Below are positions 57,664 through 63,494 of a stretch of DNA of 63,494 bases, piece after piece (positions within the stretch are counted from its first letter, which is position 1; each line of letters opens with the position of its first letter). The DNA is from Rhodothermales bacterium (GTDB lineage: Bacteria; Bacteroidota; Rhodothermia; Rhodothermales; JABDKH01): positions 1-63,494 of the forward strand of contig JBFIPX010000001.1 of the NCBI GenBank assembly GCA_041609895.1, written 5' to 3'. The notes beneath the pieces are model-generated. The model was not told the DNA's origin. It ran no database searches and saw only the letters and a list, made by a program, of their open reading frames with translations. The translations under genes and the position numbers were made by a program.

Positions 57664-57691
57664 GGCCTTCGGTCGCAGACCGAGGGCCTTT
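57664..57691 (+). terminator. intrinsic terminator after tRNA-Ser
   Basis: 10-bp stem ggccttcggt/accgagggcc (one G-U pair), loop cgcag, then ttt. Confidence 0.7.
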
Positions 57692-57779
57692 GCTGTCCCG
57701 GGTGTTTTGTGTCACCCACGACAGGAATGCATACCGCGGGAGTCCTCCAGGTTGAGGTCGCGGCGCGCGTGAACCTCTT

Positions 57780-60698
57780 GTGCCCGCATCCGTTCTAGCG
57801 ACCGACGCTGCGCTACCCCACATTCCACAGCGCCTGTTGGCCCTATCTATCGCATCGCTTCCCGACTTCTATCGACGTCGACTCAGGCGACTGACATCGG
57901 TTGCAGCCTTGTTGGTGTGCTCCACTGCATCCGCTTGGGCACAGGTCTACTCTGTAGACGTGCGCCCGCCGGAGGTATCCTATCGAGTCATCCAGACGAA
58001 GCACTTCGACCTGATCTATCAGTCGGGCTACAAGTCGGAGGCCATAGAAACCGGTGAGGTTCTCGAGTCATCTCTCGATCGTTCACGCGAGCTCCTCGGA
58101 ACGCGACGAAAGACCAGGATACCGGTTGTTCTGAATGCGTTTAATGATCGCTCGAATGGATTTGTGACACCTCTTCCGTTCAAGATGGAAATAGAGATTC
58201 CATCCTTGAAAGGGAATCGACTATCGCCCCGCCATCCCTCGTGGCTTGAGGCAGTCTCTCGCCACGAGTTGATTCATGCAGTGCATGCAGAGTTCGGGGG
58301 AGGCTTCGGACTGCTGAGCCTCTTCCGTCTATTTTCTCCCGATCTTGCCCGTATGATGAACCTCATGGTGCCTGCCGGGATGGCTGAAGGCGTGGCGGTG
58401 TTTCTGGAGTCGGAAGGCCCCGGACGTCCGGGACGGCTCAACCACTCGCTCTTTCAAATGCAGTTCAGGGCAGCCATGATGGCGGACAGGCCGTGGTCGC
58501 TCGCCCAGATGCTGGAACCTCCACGGTATGCAATCCCGGGTGACAGATTCTATCACGGTGGTTCGTACCTGTACTCCTACTTATACAAGCGCGATGCGGG
58601 TGACACATTCAGGCGAACACAGAAGTACCATCATCGATTCCCGTTTCTGGGCTACGGTATAAGTCTGTGGGCCGGGGCGAGGAAGTCACCTCGGAAGCTT
58701 GCGAGAGATTTTCGGCTGGACGCGCGGCAGGTCGAACTGGAGCGCCAGCTTCGTCTCGGATCCGTCACAGAGCCGACGACAGTGTCCGCTGCTGATGGGC
58801 TTGTTCATCGGCGCCCGCTTTGGCTAAACGACCATGAGGTGATTGCTTATGTGTCGGGTTACCATACCGTTCCGGGGTTCTACCGGATCGATGTCGACAC
58901 GGGAAAGAGGCGACGAGTCTCAGCAGAACGGATTACCGAAGATGTGCATTTCAGGCTCTCTCCTCGTCGAAACGCGGTCGTCTTCTCTCGGTATGTCAGC
59001 GATCCGTTGGTAGCCAGCGAACGTATTGCCGAGCTATTTCGCTTGGAGGTAGCGGGCGGATCGTCAAGTCGGCTAACGCGCCGCGGCCGGCTCACCGCAG
59101 CAGCCGAGGACCGCGGTGGACAGGTTTGGGGTGTCGTCGATTCGGGTACCTATTCGCGGTTGGCGCGGCTTTCCGGTAGAATTAGAATTGAGCAGCCTCC
59201 GGTGGCGTTGCCGCCGCGTGTGAACATAAAGAGCCTCGAATGGTCGCCGACGGGGGATACACTGGCTGCTCTTGTAAATCGAGATGGAGTGCAGGGGATC
59301 CACTTCGTTTATCCCATCGGAGACATCTGGGCTGCCAGTCCCATCGTGGAATGGGAGTCAGGCTCTGTGCTCGACTTCAGCTGGCTGCCCGATGGGCGAG
59401 GGCTGCTGTTCACGTCCGACCTATCTGGGTCTGCGAATCTCTATACCCTTTCGTTGGATGATAGTACTGTCGTCCGCCTGACGAACGCCAGATACGGCGC
59501 GCTCGAGGGATCGGTATCGCCTGATGGTTCACGCATCGCTTTTATCGACTACCAGCACGAGCAATGGAATCTGGCGACGATGCCGTTCGATCCCTCGGAG
59601 GGAGAACGACCTGCGCCTGCGACCTACACACATTCGGTCGCATCGGCTACAACTTCGGTTGGGCAAGGAGCAGACGTCCTTTCAAGACCGTACCGATCGC
59701 TTCGATACATGAGTCCCCGGCAGGTCTTCCCAATATTAGACTTTACTGTGACGGACACCTCGCCGGAGGATGTAGATCTTGGGTTTGGAGTCGGCGCAGC
59801 GATTGCAGGAGCGGATCCACTGCAGAGATGGTCGTACTCGGCAGTGGGATGGTATCAGGCGGATAAGTTGTGGGGCCAGTTCACAGTGCGATCGGGCGCC
59901 TCCGTGCTCCGGCCGGCCGTTGGTGTATTTCGAACGCCATCCACACGGATCGTGTTGACTTCGGACGGGATCAGGCGCGTCGGCAAGGAGGAGGAGGGTG
60001 CCGCGTTTGGCATGGCGCTGCCCGTGACGCTCTCCTCGAACGTCTACGAATCTTCGGTGTCAGTTGGGCTGGCCGGCCAATACAGCCGATCGCGATTCTT
60101 CGGCCGCGACGGCAAAGCGTTGTCCAGTTACGATGAGCGCGCGACCGTCTCTCCCACGGTGGCAGCTCAGTTCGGTACGCATGCCAATCACCGCGACATA
60201 CGAATCCGTCGGGGGCTTACGCTCGGAGGTACGGTTTTGCATGACGTTTGGAGCAGTACGAAGTCGCGGACTGGCACTTTGGCCGAGGCGCGACTGTTCT
60301 TTCCATCGATACCAGGGTCGGGTGGCTCGTTCAGTATCGTGGCGGGATACCTTTGGCAAAGTGAAGCGGCCATCTACAATCTGGACTTCTTCCTTCCCCG
60401 CGGGCTGGAAGACACATTTGTGCCTCGAGGAGGAAGGGTAAAGTACGGGTTGGACCTGGTGCAACCGCTCCTCTATGTTGATGACGGATTCTTCCTATTA
60501 CCGGTCTTCTTAAAGTCCATCTACGCGTACGGCTTTGCCGAATCGGTTAAGTCCAGCAGCGACCTTTCGTTCGATCTCGACTCTGTCGGTGGGGGCCTCG
60601 GATTTCAATTTCGATTCTTCTACCTCTTGAATTTTGACTTGCGATTCGGCGCCGCATACCTGCCGGGATCGGACTCCTACGAAATGGTCTTCCGATAG
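57780..60698 (+). CDS. large secreted protein: HExxH metalloprotease-like N-domain, TolB/PD40-like beta-propeller, beta-rich C-terminal region
   Basis: Signal ...LTSVAALLVCSTASAWAQ. SRHELIHAVHAEF motif. WSPTGD / WLPDGR / VSPDGS propeller repeats. C-terminal 330 aa have alternating hydrophobic beta-strand character. Start uncertain (GTG 57780, no ATG nearby). Confidence 0.8.
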   Translation: MPASVLATDAALPHIPQRLLALSIASLPDFYRRRLRRLTSVAALLVCSTASAWAQVYSVDVRPPEVSYRVIQTKHFDLIYQSGYKSEAIETGEVLESSLDRSRELLGTRRKTRIPVVLNAFNDRSNGFVTPLPFKMEIEIPSLKGNRLSPRHPSWLEAVSRHELIHAVHAEFGGGFGLLSLFRLFSPDLARMMNLMVPAGMAEGVAVFLESEGPGRPGRLNHSLFQMQFRAAMMADRPWSLAQMLEPPRYAIPGDRFYHGGSYLYSYLYKRDAGDTFRRTQKYHHRFPFLGYGISLWAGARKSPRKLARDFRLDARQVELERQLRLGSVTEPTTVSAADGLVHRRPLWLNDHEVIAYVSGYHTVPGFYRIDVDTGKRRRVSAERITEDVHFRLSPRRNAVVFSRYVSDPLVASERIAELFRLEVAGGSSSRLTRRGRLTAAAEDRGGQVWGVVDSGTYSRLARLSGRIRIEQPPVALPPRVNIKSLEWSPTGDTLAALVNRDGVQGIHFVYPIGDIWAASPIVEWESGSVLDFSWLPDGRGLLFTSDLSGSANLYTLSLDDSTVVRLTNARYGALEGSVSPDGSRIAFIDYQHEQWNLATMPFDPSEGERPAPATYTHSVASATTSVGQGADVLSRPYRSLRYMSPRQVFPILDFTVTDTSPEDVDLGFGVGAAIAGADPLQRWSYSAVGWYQADKLWGQFTVRSGASVLRPAVGVFRTPSTRIVLTSDGIRRVGKEEEGAAFGMALPVTLSSNVYESSVSVGLAGQYSRSRFFGRDGKALSSYDERATVSPTVAAQFGTHANHRDIRIRRGLTLGGTVLHDVWSSTKSRTGTLAEARLFFPSIPGSGGSFSIVAGYLWQSEAAIYNLDFFLPRGLEDTFVPRGGRVKYGLDLVQPLLYVDDGFFLLPVFLKSIYAYGFAESVKSSSDLSFDLDSVGGGLGFQFRFFYLLNFDLRFGAAYLPGSDSYEMVFR

Positions 60699-60841
60699 GG
60701 ACGTGTCGTATTGTGAATGCGTTGTCGTATTGCCGATCTCGCGCATTACGAAACCATTGTGTTCTGCCGATGAATTCATTGCGGGAGGACGAACCGTACA
60801 TGCCGCGAGATGTTCAATCGCTGTAAACTCAAGGTTATTTC

Positions 60842-61222
60842 ATGGAGCGACTAAAGTGTAAGGCGTGCGGTTCTGACGCCATGGTGCCTCTTGACGTTGT
60901 TGTAGAGGCTGACGAGCTCGAAGAGTTGCTTGGCAGTGAGGATACCGAGTCGAGGTTCTTCACCTGTCATGTGTGCGGCGACAACTGGTTGTCCGTGAAG
61001 GCGGAGCCGGATAATGGCGACTGTCAGATCACGTTCATACACCAGATGGGAATGAGCCCGATTCTGAAGCGCGTTGCGCACATGCAGACACACGTTATCC
61101 TGAAGGAGAATACGGTTGATCACTGGGAGTACTTTCTCGACGATGACCAAGTCGACGAGGACGAGTGGTACAGCAAGCTCAAGAAGCGCCGAAAGACCCT
61201 GAAGTCTATTTGTACCAACTGA
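60842..61222 (+). CDS. hypothetical zinc-ribbon-like protein (126 aa)
   Basis: CKACGS ... CHVCGD four-Cys arrangement. Acidic middle, basic tail. No family named. Confidence 0.6.
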   Translation: MERLKCKACGSDAMVPLDVVVEADELEELLGSEDTESRFFTCHVCGDNWLSVKAEPDNGDCQITFIHQMGMSPILKRVAHMQTHVILKENTVDHWEYFLDDDQVDEDEWYSKLKKRRKTLKSICTN

Positions 61223-61361
61223 CCTGACGGTCGACGAAGCGGACCGCGAGTACCGGGGTCCGTCTGCATATCAACGTCTTCTATAAGCAAGGTCCCAACC
61301 GCTTAACACCGTCGCGGGGACGCCATGCTGGACGAGTCGCGATTTGCAGGACGAGCTTGAG

Positions 61362-63434
61362 TCACGATTTGCTTGGCGTATTGAACACGATTTGTAACCC
61401 AACGTCACGTATCCGGTTACCTTTAACTTCCTCCAGTCCTGATCCGATTGTCCTGGCGCCGTACCGCGAGGACGACGAATATTTCATCTCTATCACTATG
61501 GCCGAGGTGACGGTGGCCGTTAGTAGCACGTACCACCGCTCTCCCGAACCGGTGTGGCTGACTGCACCAAATGCGAAGCGCATGCTGGGTTCGTAGGCGT
61601 ATATCCTCGTCGCAGCAGATGGTGAATCGAATAGCGTCATTCCTGCAGCAAGCTGAAGACGACTATGACGCAACTGGGCACCGACCGACAGCATCGCTCC
61701 GACCGCTGACGAGGGCTGCTGCCCTCTTGTCCGTCTGAAGGCGGAGGACAAGCGCACTCCCAATCCAGGATTGAGCCACCAGGTCGAGGAGAAGGAAAGC
61801 GCTGTGCGACGGATGCGTTCAGCCGATCTAATGCTTCTGCCAACGTTGTCCACCGTTGTGACGCCAGTGTCCTTTGTTACCTCGTTTATTTTGATGGAAA
61901 TAGTGGACTGTTGGGTCTTTCTCGTGAGTCGAAGCCCGAGTTCACGTCCTCCGGATGGTCGCCAAAGGTTGAACCGTAACCATGGGTGCCGCCAGAGATC
62001 GGCGTATATGTTCAACGCGACGCCTTTAGCCAGTGGCGATCTGAGGCCGAAAGAGATTCCGCGCTCGCCCACGGACAATCCCGACGACCGGCTGAGTGGC
62101 GTGCCGGTGAGGCTTGAGGATGATCGGCTCAGGATTCTTGCGTAGGTCCAAACGCGGTATGATCTCCCGGGGCTTACTTCGCAATAACCGGCGCTGGAAG
62201 TCGAGGCAAGCGCTAGCGTACCGCTTCTCCGGAGGACAATTGCTTCGGCAGCACAACGGGTACGGTCTGAATGCCACGAAACGTCGACCCCGACAATGCT
62301 CTGCGAACGCCCTTCAAACGCGAACAGCTGATCGGGACGATGGGTATGAGAAACAGCCTTGTCGAACGAGGTGTTATGGGCGAAAACACCGACGCCGACA
62401 CGTCTTCCCTTATACCCGATCCTGATGGACACGAATCTTTGTCCCACAAATTTACGTCTTGCCAGTTCGGCCTCGGTTCGGTGGTTTCTGTCAGACGAGT
62501 TGAGCACAAGGATTGAGTCACCGGCCGGCGATATTTCCCTTCGAGCGTCCCGGTGTCCGCGCGAAACGATCGTTGCCATCTCGACCGGGCCGGCATCGAT
62601 CCTAACGGCAACTCCGCGACCTATTCGAGGATTGGTTGGCCCGGAATGCCCGCGCGGCGGACTGTGCGAAGCCGCGCGCGAAGGGCGCTCGAACGATGCA
62701 AAGCCGACCGTTCCCGCGGCAAGGCCCATCCGGCTCGCATAGCGAATATCACCGAGCACAATGCTGCGAAGAACTCTACCTGGCCTCAGTTCGATAGACC
62801 AGGAAAGGTGATCGGCCCCAAACCTCCGCTCGGATGGTCGCCATTGCCAGGGCTCACCGCGATCATGGTCTGCCGTTACCGAAACCTGGAAGGATTGGGT
62901 TTCGACGTCGATGCGAGTCGTCCACGCAACCGGTCCACCCAGGTAGCGCGTCACAGAGTCGGAAGGATTTCTTGAAAACCCCTCTGCCTGTTCCGGTCTT
63001 ACCTGCATCAAGTGACTCATTCGTAGTCGAAACGCGTTTCGATCGGAGGTCGGGCCTTTATCGACAAAGACAAACGGGGCTAGCAGTTCTACGTCGTTGC
63101 GTGATAGCCCGGCCACCGTAGCCAAAGAGTCGATTGTCGCGAAGTTGCCATACTGTCGTCGGTGAGCTACGATCATGTTAGCCAGCCGCGGTGTCACCCC
63201 CGGCAGCCGAACGAGCTCGTATTCAGTAGCCGAATTCAGATCCAGCGGCTGGTCGAGCAGCCTCGCGAGTGCGTCATCGTCCGCCGCTATGTCGCTTTCG
63301 GGGTCGGCGGACTGGATGATTGACCTTCGGAGCATCTCCTGCTCGTCTTGCATCGTGTCCTGCGCAATGCCGACCCGCACTCCCGTGAGCAGCAACAGAA
63401 GTAGGGCTGTGGCGAAGACATGGTCTGTAGACAA
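61362..63434 (-). CDS. ComEA-like helix-hairpin-helix domain fused to a large beta-rich (outer-membrane-like) domain
   Basis: Signal MSTDHVFATALLLLLLTGVRVGIAQ (TTG start). LDLNSATEYELVRLPGVTPRLANMIVAHRRQYGNFATIDSLATVAGL is a ComEA-type HhH pair. The remaining 550 aa or so are beta-strand-rich. Confidence 0.8.
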   Translation of the reverse strand: MSTDHVFATALLLLLLTGVRVGIAQDTMQDEQEMLRRSIIQSADPESDIAADDDALARLLDQPLDLNSATEYELVRLPGVTPRLANMIVAHRRQYGNFATIDSLATVAGLSRNDVELLAPFVFVDKGPTSDRNAFRLRMSHLMQVRPEQAEGFSRNPSDSVTRYLGGPVAWTTRIDVETQSFQVSVTADHDRGEPWQWRPSERRFGADHLSWSIELRPGRVLRSIVLGDIRYASRMGLAAGTVGFASFERPSRAASHSPPRGHSGPTNPRIGRGVAVRIDAGPVEMATIVSRGHRDARREISPAGDSILVLNSSDRNHRTEAELARRKFVGQRFVSIRIGYKGRRVGVGVFAHNTSFDKAVSHTHRPDQLFAFEGRSQSIVGVDVSWHSDRTRCAAEAIVLRRSGTLALASTSSAGYCEVSPGRSYRVWTYARILSRSSSSLTGTPLSRSSGLSVGERGISFGLRSPLAKGVALNIYADLWRHPWLRFNLWRPSGGRELGLRLTRKTQQSTISIKINEVTKDTGVTTVDNVGRSIRSAERIRRTALSFSSTWWLNPGLGVRLSSAFRRTRGQQPSSAVGAMLSVGAQLRHSRLQLAAGMTLFDSPSAATRIYAYEPSMRFAFGAVSHTGSGERWYVLLTATVTSAIVIEMKYSSSSRYGARTIGSGLEEVKGNRIRDVGLQIVFNTPSKS

Positions 63435-63494
63435 TGCCGTAGGAAGACGGGTGGGCGGTAAGTGATAGTTTGACGGCGGTATGGAGTGCTAGAC

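Noticed and set aside
1-63494. Looked for CRISPR arrays, rRNA, transposases/IS ends, integrases, reverse transcriptases (retron/DGR), restriction-modification, toxin-antitoxin pairs and other defence-type genes.
   Set aside because: No regularly spaced 25-40-nt repeats were seen. None of the translated ORFs shows motifs of these families. The only mobile-element-like traces are the repeats and tRNA-like relic reported for 3.8-7.9 kb.

Overview
This 63.5-kb window is bacterial chromosome. I support about 50 protein-coding genes, one tRNA-Ser(CGA), several intrinsic terminators and a few gene remnants.

**Likely lineage (inference only).** Three secreted proteins end in a T9SS-type C-terminal sorting domain (NYPNPFNPST...GxYxxRL). 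The window also has a GGGP-synthase/PcrB homolog, a YtxJ-type bacillithiol-system protein and many Shine-Dalgarno-led starts. Together these suggest an FCB-superphylum organism, possibly Rhodothermota- or Balneolota-like.

**Core region (about 10-63 kb).** This part is mostly recognisable housekeeping and hydrolytic metabolism:
- Housekeeping: alaS, ppk1, msrA, thiE, mpg, thiolase, glycerate kinase, an aldo-keto reductase, a TlpA/YtxJ redox pair and a DUF255 thioredoxin-domain protein.
- Peptidases: S9, M3B/PepF, M24, M6-like, S1-like, and an HExxH-plus-propeller protein.
- A Tat-exported glycoprotein-degrading pair: a GH109-like enzyme and a glycosylasparaginase.

**What I did not find.** I saw no CRISPR array, rRNA, transposase, integrase, reverse transcriptase, recognisable defence gene or toxin-antitoxin pair. 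I cannot point to a convincing novel multi-gene system.

**Left ~10 kb.** This part looks accessory: orphan lipoproteins, long ORF-poor spacers, gene fragments and lower GC by hand spot-counts. The most unusual structure there is an inverted duplication of the last 81 nt of a small gene (3791-3871 versus 7858-7938). It brackets a roughly 4-kb lower-GC segment carrying a 981-aa T9SS metalloprotease and a decayed tRNA-like stem-loop.

**Other items worth a second look:**
- Three long ORF-poor spacers with strong local secondary structure: 1394-1859, 19540-20088 and 26552-27091.
- A 4 x 10-bp tandem decamer at 17513-17552.
- A perfect 20-bp-arm palindrome at 9036-9080.
- A CcmC-like membrane protein with a degenerate WWD motif.

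All family assignments come from motif recognition by eye. No searches or computations were run.
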